Shown: one piece after another, positions 1 to 9,816 of the stretch
Layout: each line of letters opens with the position of its first letter
Numbering within the stretch: position 1 is the stretch's first letter
Assembly (NCBI GenBank): GCA_963813155.1
Contig: CAWEYG010000002.1
Location: 820,870 to 884,869 of the forward strand
Length of the DNA stretch: 64,000 nt
Source of the DNA: an uncultured Acidobacteriota bacterium
Lineage (GTDB): Bacteria; Acidobacteriota; Thermoanaerobaculia; UBA5066; DATFVB01
Direction of reading: 5' to 3'
The notes under the pieces: generated by a model
Seen by the model: the letters and a program-made list of their open reading frames with translations, nothing else
Databases searched by the model: none
Told to the model about the DNA's origin: nothing
Made by a program: the position numbers and the translations under genes

Positions 1-145
1 GATCCTGCGTCCCTGCCGAAAGATCCTGCCGCCCCGCTGGACGGGAGGAATCGATTTCTCCCCGATCCTCGCCATTCTCCTGATCGTCGTCGTGAAGCAG
101 CTCGTCATCGGGTTGTTGCTCGGAGCCCCGGTCCGTTTGTTCTAA
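1..145 (+). CDS. yggT: YggT family membrane protein, 3' part (runs off window start)
   Basis: Frame from base 2 reads ILRPCRKILPPRWTGGIDFSPILAILLIVVV...LF*; GIDFSP motif; lies directly upstream of a DivIVA gene. Confidence 0.85.
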   Translation, partial: ILRPCRKILPPRWTGGIDFSPILAILLIVVVKQLVIGLLLGAPVRLF

Positions 146-154
146 GGAGGCTGT

Positions 155-667
155 ATGAACGCCAAGATCACCGCGGTCGAGATCCAGAAGCGCGATTTTC
201 CGATTGCCCGCAAGGGCTATCCGCCCGAGGCGGTGCGCGGATTTCTGAATTCCGTGGCCGAAGACTTTCAATCGCTCGTCCGCGAGAATTCCGAGCTCGA
301 GACGCGGCTTCGCCGCCTCGAAGAGGAGAACCTCGAGCACCGCGACCGGGAGCGGATCCTCAAGGAGACGCTTCTTTCCGCGCAGCGGATTTCCGAAGAG
401 ATGAAGTCCAATGCCCGCCGCGAGGCGGAAATCGTCCTGCGCCAGGCCGAGATGGCCGGCCAGCAGCTGACGACCGAAGCGCTGCAGCAGTCGGCGAAGG
501 TCGAAAGAGCGATCCGCGACCTGAAACTCCAGCGGGCGAACTTCCGCCTCAAGCTGAAGTCCATGCTCGAGATGTTCCAGACCGTCCTGGATTTCGACGA
601 GGAAGAGGACGAGAAGACGTCCTCGGTCTCGTACCTCGTGCGGCCGCAGGACACGAATGCCGGGTAG
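155..667 (+). CDS. divIVA: DivIVA domain-containing protein
   Basis: N-terminal ITAVEIQKRDF..RKGY...V..FL motif followed by coiled coil; AAGGAGG RBS at 144-150. Confidence 0.88.
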   Translation: MNAKITAVEIQKRDFPIARKGYPPEAVRGFLNSVAEDFQSLVRENSELETRLRRLEEENLEHRDRERILKETLLSAQRISEEMKSNARREAEIVLRQAEMAGQQLTTEALQQSAKVERAIRDLKLQRANFRLKLKSMLEMFQTVLDFDEEEDEKTSSVSYLVRPQDTNAG

Positions 668-1928
668 TCCCGGAATTCAAACCCCCCGTTCGCTCGAAAT
701 CCGGAACCTCGCCTCCCTCGCGACGCCGCGGGGCGATCGCGCCCGATCCGGAAGAGCTCAGGGGGAGATCTTCGTCCTGTCCAACGCCGCGGTGCGCTGC
801 GAGGAAGGGCGAATCGCGTTCGTCGGAACGGAGAGCGAGTTGTCCGCCGGCCGGTTTCCGAAGGCGGAAGTCGAGATCGACGGCGCCGGCAAGACCCTCC
901 TTCCCGGTTTCGTGGACGCGCACACCCATCCCGTCTGGGCGGGCGACCGCGCGTCCGAGTTCGCGCGCCGTCTCGCGGGCGAGTCGTACGAGGCCGTCGC
1001 GGCGTCCGGCGGGGGGATCGCGGCGACCGTCGCCGCGACGCGACGCGCCAGCCGAAGCGAGCTCTCGGCGCTCGCGCTTTCCCGGCTCGCGCGAATGGCG
1101 CAGAGCGGGACGACGACGGCCGAGTGCAAGTCGGGCTACGCGCTCGACGCCGACGGAGAGATCGGCGCCCTCGAGCTGCTCCGGGACCTCCGGCCCGATT
1201 CGCCGGTCCGGATCGTCCCGACGCTCCTCGCCGCGCACGAAATTCCGCCGGAATACCGGTCGAACCGCCGCGAATGGGTCCGCCGGATCGTCGAGGAGAT
1301 CGTTCCCCGCGCCGCGAAGGGGCGTCTCGCGGAATTCTGCGACGTCTTTTGCGAAGACGGCTATTTCACCGTCGAGGAATCCCGCGAGATTCTCTCCGCC
1401 GCGGCGCTCGCCGGCCTCGCGCTCCGGATCCATGCGGACGAGCTCGCGCTCTCGGGCGGGGCTCGTCTCGCGGCGGAGCTATCGGCCGCGTCGGCCGACC
1501 ACCTCCTCTTCATTGGCGAACCGGAGATCGCCGCGCTCCGGACCTCCGGCACCGTCGCGACGCTCCTTCCCGGGACCGCGTGGTGGTTGCGCTCGCGCCG
1601 GGCTCCGGCGCGGGCGCTCCTCGAAGCGGGAGTTCCGGTCGCCGTCGCGACCGACGCGAATCCCGGCTCGTGCAACACCGAATCGCTGCCGGCCGTGGCT
1701 GCCCACGCGTGCCTCGATTACGGGATGACGGTCGAGGAGACGCTGACGGCGATCACCCTCAACGGGGCGGCGTCGCTGAAGAAGGCGGCCGACCGCGGCT
1801 CGATCGAGGTCGGAAAATCCGCCGACCTGGCGTTGATCGACGCTCCCGACTACCGCCACCTCATTTATCATTGGGGCATCTCCCTGGTTACGCACACGGT
1901 CGTGAAAGGAAGCGTCCATGAGTTTTGA
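657..1928 (+). CDS. hutI: Imidazolonepropionase
   Basis: PGFVDAHTH metal motif, GTTTAECKSGY, FCDVFCE, IHADEL, ATDANPGS. Confidence 0.93.
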   Translation: MPGSPGIQTPRSLEIRNLASLATPRGDRARSGRAQGEIFVLSNAAVRCEEGRIAFVGTESELSAGRFPKAEVEIDGAGKTLLPGFVDAHTHPVWAGDRASEFARRLAGESYEAVAASGGGIAATVAATRRASRSELSALALSRLARMAQSGTTTAECKSGYALDADGEIGALELLRDLRPDSPVRIVPTLLAAHEIPPEYRSNRREWVRRIVEEIVPRAAKGRLAEFCDVFCEDGYFTVEESREILSAAALAGLALRIHADELALSGGARLAAELSAASADHLLFIGEPEIAALRTSGTVATLLPGTAWWLRSRRAPARALLEAGVPVAVATDANPGSCNTESLPAVAAHACLDYGMTVEETLTAITLNGAASLKKAADRGSIEVGKSADLALIDAPDYRHLIYHWGISLVTHTVVKGSVHEF

Positions 1929-2550
1929 ACGGCAGTCGATCGCCGACTTCTGCGCGGCGCTCGCGTCCTCCGACCCGACTCCCGGCGGCGGAACGGCGTC
2001 GGCGGCGGCGGGCGCTGTCGGGGCGTCGCTCGTCTCGATGGTGATCGCGCTCACGCTCTCGAAGGAGAAGTACCGCGCGGCCGAGCCGGATCTGGCCCCG
2101 ATCGCCGCCGAGGCGGAGGCCGCCGGAAAGAGGCTGCGCGCGCTCATGCAGGAGGACGCCGACGCCTACGACGGAATGGTCGCGGCGCGAAAGCTTCCGA
2201 AGGAGACCGACGAGGAAAAAGAGACGAGAAGGCAGGCGATGGCGGCCGCGGCTCGGCGCGCGACCGAGGTGCCGATGGAGACCGCCCGGGTCGCGGCGGG
2301 AGTCCTCTCCCGGGTGCCGCTCGTCGCGGAGAAGGGCAACCCGAACGCCTCCTCGGACGCGGGCGTCGCGGCGCTGCTCCTCTCGGCGGCGGCCGAAGGC
2401 GCGTTGCTGAACGTCGGCATCAACCTGACTTCGATCGACGACGCGGCGTTCGTCGGCGAGATGGAGAAGGAAACCGCCCGAATTCAAAGCGACGTCGAGA
2501 GGTGGAGCGCGCAGGTCATCGCGCTCGTCCGGAAGTCGTTCAAGAAGTGA
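1918..2550 (+). CDS. Formiminotetrahydrofolate cyclodeaminase / cyclohydrolase family protein
   Basis: SDPTPGGGTASA, D..AY, KGNPNASSDAGVA, LNV.INL motifs of FTCD_C; overlaps hutI stop. Confidence 0.9.
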   Translation: MSFERQSIADFCAALASSDPTPGGGTASAAAGAVGASLVSMVIALTLSKEKYRAAEPDLAPIAAEAEAAGKRLRALMQEDADAYDGMVAARKLPKETDEEKETRRQAMAAAARRATEVPMETARVAAGVLSRVPLVAEKGNPNASSDAGVAALLLSAAAEGALLNVGINLTSIDDAAFVGEMEKETARIQSDVERWSAQVIALVRKSFKK

Positions 2551-2563
2551 GGAACGCTCCGGT

Positions 2564-2755
2564 CTAGCCGCCGCTCCCCTTCCCCGACTTCTCCAGCTCC
2601 TCGCGCGCCTTCTCGACCGTCGAGCGGGCCTTGCGCATCGCGTCGATCGAGAGGAGGCGGCTCTTTTCGAACGCCGTACGGCCCAGCGCGAACAGCGATT
2701 CGCCGAGCAGCCTCAACTCTTCCGCCACCGTTTCTTTTTTTCCCGGGTCTTCCAT
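2564..2755 (-). CDS. Small hypothetical helical protein (63 aa)
   Basis: MEDPGKKETVAEELRLLG...; GGAGG RBS upstream; fills the gap after the preceding minus-strand gene. Confidence 0.6.
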   Translation of the reverse strand: MEDPGKKETVAEELRLLGESLFALGRTAFEKSRLLSIDAMRKARSTVEKAREELEKSGKGSGG

Positions 2756-2769
2756 GACGACCTCCGGAC

Positions 2770-3597
2770 TCAGAACGATTTCTTTTCGCGCTTCGAGAAG
2801 AACGTCGCCGGAAAAGCGCGCTGAAAGTAGTCGAACACCGCGGTCACCTGCCGGTTGTCGCCGTTTTCCCACCCGGTGTCGCGGAAGGACCATTCGTCTC
2901 CCGAATACGTCCGGAAGCTGAGCTCGAGGCAGAGATTCTCGCCCGCGCGGGGCGCGCAGTTCATCCACATCTCCTTGATGTTTTTTTCCGTCATCGAAAA
3001 ATTGTCGTCTTCGTTGGTCATCTGATACCAGTTGACCCTCTCGCCGTCGATCACGAGCTTGCCGACCGCCTTGTTCTTCGAGCCGCCGACCCCGAGGATT
3101 CCGCGCCTCTGCCGCACGAGCCCGTCGAACTCGGCGTGCCGGGCGACCGGTTGCGTCGAAACCGCCGCGACGGACGCGGCCCCGCCCGGGCCGGAATGCA
3201 ACATCGCGTCGATGAGGGGTTCGGAGAGCCCGGCCTGTCGCAGGGCGATCAGGTCGTCGATCGAGAGGCGGTAGTTTCCGTTCTCGTTGCGCACCTTGTT
3301 CAACAGAAAGTCCTCGCTGTAGCCGGCGTCTTTCAGGCGCAGGATCTCCCGCGCGGCCGGAGAGAGCGGGGAGACGGCGGTGCCTGCCGGGGGAGACACG
3401 GCCGTCGCGGTGTCGATGGCCGCCGGCTGCGCGCCGGGAGCGCCCGACTCCGGGGTGACCGGAATCGCGGGCGGCGGGACCGGCGCCGGCGCGGCCGACG
3501 GCGGAGGGAGCGGCGGCGGGGCCGCGTAGCGGTGCGACGAAGAGCACCCGAGGAAAAGCAGCGTCGCGCCGACGACAGAGAGGGATCGCAGTTTCAT
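2770..3597 (-). CDS. Hypothetical lipoprotein with Pro-rich linker
   Basis: Lipobox-like LFLGC after hydrophobic N-terminus; AGGAG RBS. Confidence 0.75.
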   Translation of the reverse strand: MKLRSLSVVGATLLFLGCSSSHRYAAPPPLPPPSAAPAPVPPPAIPVTPESGAPGAQPAAIDTATAVSPPAGTAVSPLSPAAREILRLKDAGYSEDFLLNKVRNENGNYRLSIDDLIALRQAGLSEPLIDAMLHSGPGGAASVAAVSTQPVARHAEFDGLVRQRRGILGVGGSKNKAVGKLVIDGERVNWYQMTNEDDNFSMTEKNIKEMWMNCAPRAGENLCLELSFRTYSGDEWSFRDTGWENGDNRQVTAVFDYFQRAFPATFFSKREKKSF

Positions 3598-3618
3598 TTT
3601 TCGCTCCTGAGCCGGATT

Positions 3619-4182
3619 TTACACCCGGCTGTCCCAAAGCAAATCGGGGCTGCCGCGGCGATGGTTTTCGTATCTCGCCATCACGAACAGGGCGTCGGAA
3701 AGGCGATTGAGGTACGGGAGGACGAAGGGCCCGACCGCTTCCGAGCGGGAGAGACGCAGCGTCGCTCTCTCCGCGCGCCGGCAGACGGTTCGCGCGACGT
3801 GCAGGGCGGCGGCGCCCGGGCTCCCTCCCGGAAGGATGAAGTTCTCGAGCGGCGAAAGATCGGCCGACATCTCGTCCATGAGCTTCTCGAGCGCCGAAAC
3901 GTGGCGCGATTCGATCTTCGGAGCCGGCAGCCGGGCCTTGTCTTCCTCGAGGAAGCACAGGTCGGAACCGAGATGGAAGAGCTCGTTCTGGATCGCCGCG
4001 AGCGCGGCCGAGAGCTTCGGGTCGAGGCCCGCCGAACGGGCCGCGCCGATCAGCGAATTGAGCTCGTCGACCGTTCCGAACGCCTCGATCCGGGCCGAAT
4101 CCTTCGGGACGCGCTGGCCCCCGCCGAGTCCCGTCGTCCCGTCGTCGCCGGTTCGCGTGTAGACCTTCGTGATGCGGGGCAT
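3619..4182 (-). CDS. pduO: ATP:cob(I)alamin adenosyltransferase, PduO type
   Basis: [39 protein letters not shown] motifs; downstream of btuB. Confidence 0.92.
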   Translation of the reverse strand: MPRITKVYTRTGDDGTTGLGGGQRVPKDSARIEAFGTVDELNSLIGAARSAGLDPKLSAALAAIQNELFHLGSDLCFLEEDKARLPAPKIESRHVSALEKLMDEMSADLSPLENFILPGGSPGAAALHVARTVCRRAERATLRLSRSEAVGPFVLPYLNRLSDALFVMARYENHRRGSPDLLWDSRV

Positions 4183-4203
4183 GAGCCGCAGTCTAATTCA
4201 TGG

Positions 4204-6058
4204 TCAGAACGCCGCGATCAATCCGCCCCAGACTCTGCGCCTCCGGGCCGGAAAGCCGCTCGCCTCTTCGTAGCGGCGATCGCCCGCGTTCTCGACGGTC
4301 ACGAAACGGCGAGAAACTCCCGAGCCGGTACTCCGCGTGAAAATCGACGCGAACGTAGGAGGGGTCCTCGTCCGGCCCGAAAGGGAATACGGACTGAAAG
4401 TCCGGCCGGCGGCCCACGTAGATCATCGACGCCGATGCCAGCCAGGGACCACCGCTCCAGGACAGATCGAGAGCGCCGCGGTGGCGCGGACGGCGCACGA
4501 GCGGTTCTCCCGTGGTCTCGTCGATGGCGCGAAGGTAGGTGTAGGAAATCCGCCCGCGAAGGGGCCCCGCGATCGGAGCGGCGGCCGACGCCTCGACTCC
4601 TTCCGTCCGAGCCCGGCCGACGTTTCCGTTGGTCTGGCGAACGGGGTCGTACTGGATCAGGTCGCGAATGTCGTTGCGGAAGACGGCGACGTCGATTCGC
4701 GTCGGGCCGGCGGCGCGAGTCGCGCCGATCTCGTAACTCTTCGACCGCTCGGGGTCGAGATTCGGGTTGCCGAAGAAGGGGTAGTACAGCTCTCCGATCG
4801 ACGGCGCGCGGAATGCCGTTCCGAACGAGGCCCGAACCGATGTGCTCGGATCGAGGCTCGCGACGAGCGAAACGCGGGGATTCGTCGAGGAGCCGAACAC
4901 CGAGTGCCGGTCGAAGCGGATACCGGCCACGGCCCGCAGGCGGCCCCCGAAGAGAGCGAGCGAGTCTTCCGCCCCGATACCCCAGATCGCGGTCCTTCGA
5001 TCGGAAATGACGGGCCCGAAGGCGCCGGAAGAGTCGACGGTCGACCGCTCGTAGGACGCCGTCCCCGACAGCGAGTTCGTCTCCGAGGACTTCCAGGTGT
5101 CGACGACGCGCGCGCCCTGGATTCGAGAATGCGTTTCGCTCTGGAAGAACCCGGAAGTGTCATCCGGGTCGACCGCCGTGGGGCGCAGCTCGACGTCCGA
5201 AAGCGAACCGAACAGCGAGTTGTCGGGGGAAGTCGCGGCGTGGATCGGAAGCGTCCAGGCGGTCTGGGCGAAATCGGTGAAACGGCGGGGCGTGGGCGAG
5301 CCGGAGTCGGAGGGAATTTCGCTGCGCGCGAACATCCTTTCCACCTGGAGACCTGCCCGGACCCCGGGGGAAATCGCCCAGTCGAGCGCCGCGGAGCCGT
5401 TGCGGTCGCGCCATCCGTCGTTGTCGACCCGCGTCCCGGCGACCGTCTGCGGCTCGCCGTCATCACGGGCGTCGCGCCCGGAAATCGAAAACCCGAGAGG
5501 ACCCGAGCCCGCGGTCGCGAAGAGCGTCTCGTCGTGGAACCCGCGGTTTCCCGCTGCGGCGGTCACGCGCCCCGCGGGCTGGGCGGACGGCGCCCGGCGA
5601 AGGATGGAGATGACTCCCCCGATCGCGTCGGAGCCGTAAAGGGCGGAGTAGGGCCCGCGAACGATCTCGATTCGTTCCACGTTCTGCGTCGAAAGCGCGG
5701 AAAAGTCGTAGCCGGAGAAATACGGGCTGTTGACCCGCACGCCGTCGATCAGCACGAGCGTCTGCGTCGAGTTCGTTCCGCGCAGAAAGACGCTCGTCAC
5801 CTTCCCCGCGTCCCCGCTCTGGACCACGTCGACGCCGGGAACGTCCCGAAGGAGCTCCAGGAGATCGGTCTTCCCGCTTTTCTCGATCTGGTCGCGGGTG
5901 ATGACGGTGACGGAAGCGGAGAGGTTCGGATCCGTCTCCGAAGAGAACGAGTCCGAAACGACGACGTTCTCGGCTACCGGGGGAATTCCCTGCGCGCCGG
6001 CGCGCACTGCCAGGCAGAGAATGGCAAAAAACCGTGCAAAACGAAGAGTGGTGTCCAT
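4204..6058 (-). CDS. btuB: TonB-dependent cobalamin receptor; apparent +1 frameshift at ~4304-4306
   Basis: Plug motifs (LIDGVRVN, ERIEIVRGPYSALYGSDAIGGVI); removing one base restores the C-terminus PFVTVENAGDRRYEEASGFP...LIAAF* with terminal Phe; B12 riboswitch upstream. Confidence 0.85.
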
Positions 6059-6092
6059 CGAAGCCTCCCGCTCGACGAAACATCGCAACTTC

Positions 6093-6283
6093 TCTTCGGC
6101 AGGTCTCCTGACTTCCGGATCGGCCGCATCGCGCCCCTTCCCAAACGTGGAACTTGCATCCCGGCGTTCAGTGGATCTGGCGCTTGCGTCCCCGGTTACA
6201 GTGGCGGGAGCCGTGCGGGTTTTTCACCCGCTTCCCTTTTCACCCTCCCCCGGGGATTCGGGGGCAGGGCACCGAAGAATTCA
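6093..6283 (-). ncRNA. Cobalamin (B12) riboswitch
   Basis: Minus strand reads GGTGCC...AAAAGGGAAGCGGGTGAAAAACCCGCACGGCTCCCGCCACTGTAA...GGGAAG...GGAAGTCAGGAGACCTGCC, upstream of btuB-pduO. Confidence 0.93.
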
Positions 6284-6307
6284 AAGATCGCGAAGACGGG
6301 AAGGCTA

Positions 6308-7780
6308 TCACACGACAACGTGCAATCCGGCCCGCGAAGTCTTCGGGGCCGGGTCGTACGCGCGCCAGGCCCGGGCGAGCCGCCGGACGCCGTCGCGGAT
6401 CTGCTGCGGCTCGAGGCAGAACGGAAGGCGGAGATATTCCGAGCAGCCTCCCGTCGGCGAGCAGGTCGAGCCTGGAAGAATCGCGACGCCGTGGCGCAGC
6501 GCGATCGGCGCGAACTCGTCCGCGTCCCCGTGCGGAAGCCGGACCCAGATCGACAGGCCCCCGAGCGGTTTCTTCCACGTCCAGCCGGGCAGCTGCGCGG
6601 CGAGCTCCGACGCGAGAAGCTCGAAGCGCTCCTCGATCTGCTCGCGGCGGCGTTCCCGGATCGTCCGGGCCCGGCGCAGGAGCCGGACGGCGACCGCCTG
6701 CGAGATCGCCGAATTGCCGAGATCGCCCATCACCTTCAGGTTCGACAGCGGGGCGAGCAGGGGCTCCGGAGCCCGGAGCCAGCCGACGCGCAATCCGCCC
6801 CAGATCAGTTTCGATAAGGACCCCACCGAGATCACGCGGCCGCTCCGGGAAAACGCGGCGATCGGGGGAGGCGGTCTCCTTCCGAACGAGAGGTCCTCCA
6901 GGGTTCCGTCCTCGAGGATCGTCGTGCCGTGCTGATCCGCGATTCGCGCGATCTCGCGCCGGGCGTCCGGGGAAAGGACCGTTCCCACCGGGTTCTGGAA
7001 CGTCGGCATCAGGTACAGGAGCCGCGGGGAGTCGCGCGCGAGGACCTCCGAAAGCCGGTCGATCCGCACACCCTCGTCTCCGACCGGGATCGGAATCAGC
7101 CTCGCGCCCGCGGAGGTGAACACGTCGATCGCGCCGAGGTAGGTCGGATCTTCGAGCGCGGCGCAGTCTCCGGAGCGCAGAAGAACGGCGGCCGCGAGGC
7201 CGATCGCCTGCTGGGCCCCGTGGGTGACGAGAATTTCGTCCGCTTTCGTCGGCAGGCCCGAGTCGGAGATGTGGGCGGCGATCGCCTCGCGAAGGGCCGG
7301 AAGTCCGAGCCCCGTATAGCCGTGGTGCCGCAGCAACGATTTCAGATCCCGCGCCGCTTCCTGGAACGCTTCTTCGAAGTCCGGGGAAATCGCGGGGAGA
7401 TGCAGACCGAGGAACGAAATCGTCGAAGGGTTCGACTCGATCAGCCCGCGGAACGCCGTGTTGCGCCGGCTCGAAGCGGGAGAGCCCGAAGACGGCGCGG
7501 GGCCGGGCGACGCCGAGCGGCAAACGCGGGTTCCGCTTCCCTGAACGCTCTCGATCCATCCGTCGGCGCGGAGACTCTCGTACGCCCCCACGACGGTCGT
7601 CCTCGAAATGGAGAGGGCATCGGCGAGCTTGCGTTCGGCGGGAATGGTCGCGCCGACCGGAAGGCTACCCGACGAAACCTCCTCGCGGATCGCTTCCGCG
7701 AGCTTTCGGTACGCCGGGCCCGACCGAGACTGCCAGCTCCCGAGCCGGGACACGAATTCCCAAAGGTCGCCGTGCGCCAT
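6308..7780 (-). CDS. MocR/GabR family regulator (GntR HTH + PLP aminotransferase domain)
   Basis: IPAERKLADALSISRTTV..AY HTH; PTFQNPVG, GSLSKLIWGGLRVGW PLP motif; start could extend to 7813. Confidence 0.9.
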   Translation of the reverse strand: MAHGDLWEFVSRLGSWQSRSGPAYRKLAEAIREEVSSGSLPVGATIPAERKLADALSISRTTVVGAYESLRADGWIESVQGSGTRVCRSASPGPAPSSGSPASSRRNTAFRGLIESNPSTISFLGLHLPAISPDFEEAFQEAARDLKSLLRHHGYTGLGLPALREAIAAHISDSGLPTKADEILVTHGAQQAIGLAAAVLLRSGDCAALEDPTYLGAIDVFTSAGARLIPIPVGDEGVRIDRLSEVLARDSPRLLYLMPTFQNPVGTVLSPDARREIARIADQHGTTILEDGTLEDLSFGRRPPPPIAAFSRSGRVISVGSLSKLIWGGLRVGWLRAPEPLLAPLSNLKVMGDLGNSAISQAVAVRLLRRARTIRERRREQIEERFELLASELAAQLPGWTWKKPLGGLSIWVRLPHGDADEFAPIALRHGVAILPGSTCSPTGGCSEYLRLPFCLEPQQIRDGVRRLARAWRAYDPAPKTSRAGLHVVV

Positions 7781-7784
7781 CGAG

Positions 7785-7870
7785 GTCCAATGATACACAA
7801 TTGGCACTTGCAATGGTATTCAATATTGGGAGAATAGCGGCAATGCGCGCGTATATTGGCTCTATTGGAC
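7785..7870. promoter_or_regulatory. Candidate MocR operator region in divergent promoter
   Basis: AT-rich spacer with GTCCAAT (7785-7791) / ATTGGAC (7864-7870) inverted pair and further ATTGG copies near 7800, 7825 and 7855. Confidence 0.55.
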
Positions 7871-7888
7871 TCTAAGTGGAGGTGACGG

Positions 7889-8863
7889 ATGGCTCTCCCG
7901 AAATTCGCATTCCTCGACGGACGGATCCTGCCCTATTCCGACGCGAAAGTGGGCCTCCTGACCCACGCGCTCAACTACGGCACGGGGTGCTTTGCCGGGA
8001 TCCGCGCGTACTGGAGCGCGGATGAAAACGAGCTCTTCGTCTTTCGCCCCCACGATCACTTCGTCCGCTTCCTGGAATCCTCGAGGCTTCTCGCGATGCA
8101 GATTCCCTTTTCCGCCGGGGACCTCGCGGGCCGGCTGGTCGACCTGCTGAGGAAAGAAGAGCTGCGCGAGGACTGCTACATTCGGCCGCTCGCGTTTCTC
8201 TCCGAAGAGACGATCGGCGTGCGCCTGCACGGGCTGAAGAGCTCCGTGTCGATCGTCGCGTTTCCGTTCGGCAAATATCTCGACCGGCCGGAGGGAGCGC
8301 ACCTGACGGTCTCTTCCTGGAGGCGGATCGACGACAACGTGATTCCCCCGAGGGGAAAGATCACCGGCGGCTATGCGAACTCGGCCCTCGCGAAGACCGA
8401 CGCGCAAAACGCCGGCTTCGACGACGCGATTCTCCTCGATTCGCAGGGGAAGGTCAGCGAGGCGACCGTGTCGAACGTCTTTCTCGTGCGGCGCGGCGAG
8501 GTCGTCACTCCCCGAACGACCGACAGCGTTCTGGAAGGAATCACGAGACGCACCGTCGCCACTCTCCTCGAGCGGGAGCTCGGGCGCCCGGTCGTCGAGC
8601 GGGCGATCGATCGTACCGAGCTGTTTCTCGCCGAGGAAGTGTTTCTCGCGGGAACGGGCGTCGAAATCATCCCGGTCACCCGCATCGATCACCGCCCGGT
8701 CGGCTCCGGGTCTCCGGGACCGATCACCGAACAGATCCGAAAGACGTTCTTCGACGCCGTCCGGGGAAAGACGGCCCTCTATCGTTCCTGGTGCGAGCCG
8801 GTTTACTCGAGACCGGCCGCCGCGGCGGAGGCCGCGCCGTCCCTGGAGGCCGTGCGCGGATGA
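7889..8863 (+). CDS. ilvE: Branched-chain amino acid aminotransferase (class IV)
   Basis: HALNYGTGCF.GIRAY, YIRP, GKITGGY, SEATVSNVF, LEGITR, LAGTGVEI; GGAGG RBS. Confidence 0.9.
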   Translation: MALPKFAFLDGRILPYSDAKVGLLTHALNYGTGCFAGIRAYWSADENELFVFRPHDHFVRFLESSRLLAMQIPFSAGDLAGRLVDLLRKEELREDCYIRPLAFLSEETIGVRLHGLKSSVSIVAFPFGKYLDRPEGAHLTVSSWRRIDDNVIPPRGKITGGYANSALAKTDAQNAGFDDAILLDSQGKVSEATVSNVFLVRRGEVVTPRTTDSVLEGITRRTVATLLERELGRPVVERAIDRTELFLAEEVFLAGTGVEIIPVTRIDHRPVGSGSPGPITEQIRKTFFDAVRGKTALYRSWCEPVYSRPAAAAEAAPSLEAVRG

Positions 8864-9690
8864 AACTCTCGCTCATCGACGCGTTCACCGACGAGCCCTT
8901 CTCCGGAAACGCGGCGGCCGTCTGCCTGCTCGACGGAGAACGCGAAACCGCGTGGATGCAGTCGCTCGCCCGCGAGCTCGGCTATTCGGAAACCGCTTTT
9001 CTCCTGCGCGAAGGGGCGCGATATCGGCTCCGGTGGTTCACTCCGACGGTGGAGGTCGAGCTGTGCGGGCACGCGACGCTCGCGAGCTCCCATTTTCTCT
9101 GGGAGAGCGGCATCGAAACAACCGGTTCGCCGCTGGAGTTCGCGACTCGAAGCGGGATCCTCCGGGCATGGCGGCGAGGGGTCGAGATCGAGCTCGATTT
9201 TCCGGCGGAACCCGCCCGCGCGGAACCGGCGCCCGCCGCGCTCGCCGCGGCTCTCGGCGTCCGGCCCGTCTGGACCGGAAGGAACCGGCTCGATTTCCTG
9301 CTTCTCGTCGAAACGCAGGAGGAGGTTCGGGCGATCCGGCCCGACTTCGAGGGAGTTCGCCGGGAAACGGGAGGCGGCCGCGGCGTCATCGTGACGAGCC
9401 GGGCGGCGTCTCCGGACTTGGATTTCGTGTCGCGCTACTTCGCCCCCGCCGCCGGGATCGATGAAGACCCGGTGACGGGCTCCACCCACTGCTGCCTGGG
9501 GCCGTTCTGGGCGGAGCGGCTGGGAAAACGGGATCTCCGGGCGGCCCAGCTCTCCGCCCGGGGCGGCCGGCTCTCGGTCCGAATCGGGGAGGAAAACCGC
9601 GTGTTTCTCGGAGGATCCGCGGTAACCGTCTTTCGGGGAGAGCTCGCTTCGCTGGAAAAAAGAGAAGTCTCGGAAGTTCGGCTGAAATAA
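8860..9690 (+). CDS. PhzF family isomerase/epimerase
   Basis: IDAFT..PFSGNAAAV, SETAF, EVELCGHATLA, EDPVTGS; ATGA overlap with ilvE. Confidence 0.92.
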   Translation: MKLSLIDAFTDEPFSGNAAAVCLLDGERETAWMQSLARELGYSETAFLLREGARYRLRWFTPTVEVELCGHATLASSHFLWESGIETTGSPLEFATRSGILRAWRRGVEIELDFPAEPARAEPAPAALAAALGVRPVWTGRNRLDFLLLVETQEEVRAIRPDFEGVRRETGGGRGVIVTSRAASPDLDFVSRYFAPAAGIDEDPVTGSTHCCLGPFWAERLGKRDLRAAQLSARGGRLSVRIGEENRVFLGGSAVTVFRGELASLEKREVSEVRLK

Positions 9691-9816
9691 AAGGCGAATC
9701 GGAGTCGTTTTCCCAGACGAGGGGAAAACCCTCGCGCCTCTCCAAATCGTCTCACCCCATGAGATCGGGGCGCGGAACGGCCGAAAGGTTCTGCTCCGCG
9801 CCCCGCCCCACCATTC

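Noticed and set aside
4204-4310. Programmed frameshift or phase variation in btuB, and likewise in the S9 and M1 peptidase genes
   Set aside because: No slippery heptamer or long homopolymer; isolated 1-nt insertions are more simply sequencing errors.
9691-9816. Hairpin-rich spacer between convergent phzF and BNR genes as a riboswitch
   Set aside because: It sits at two 3' ends and matches no aptamer I recognise; probably terminator-like hairpins.
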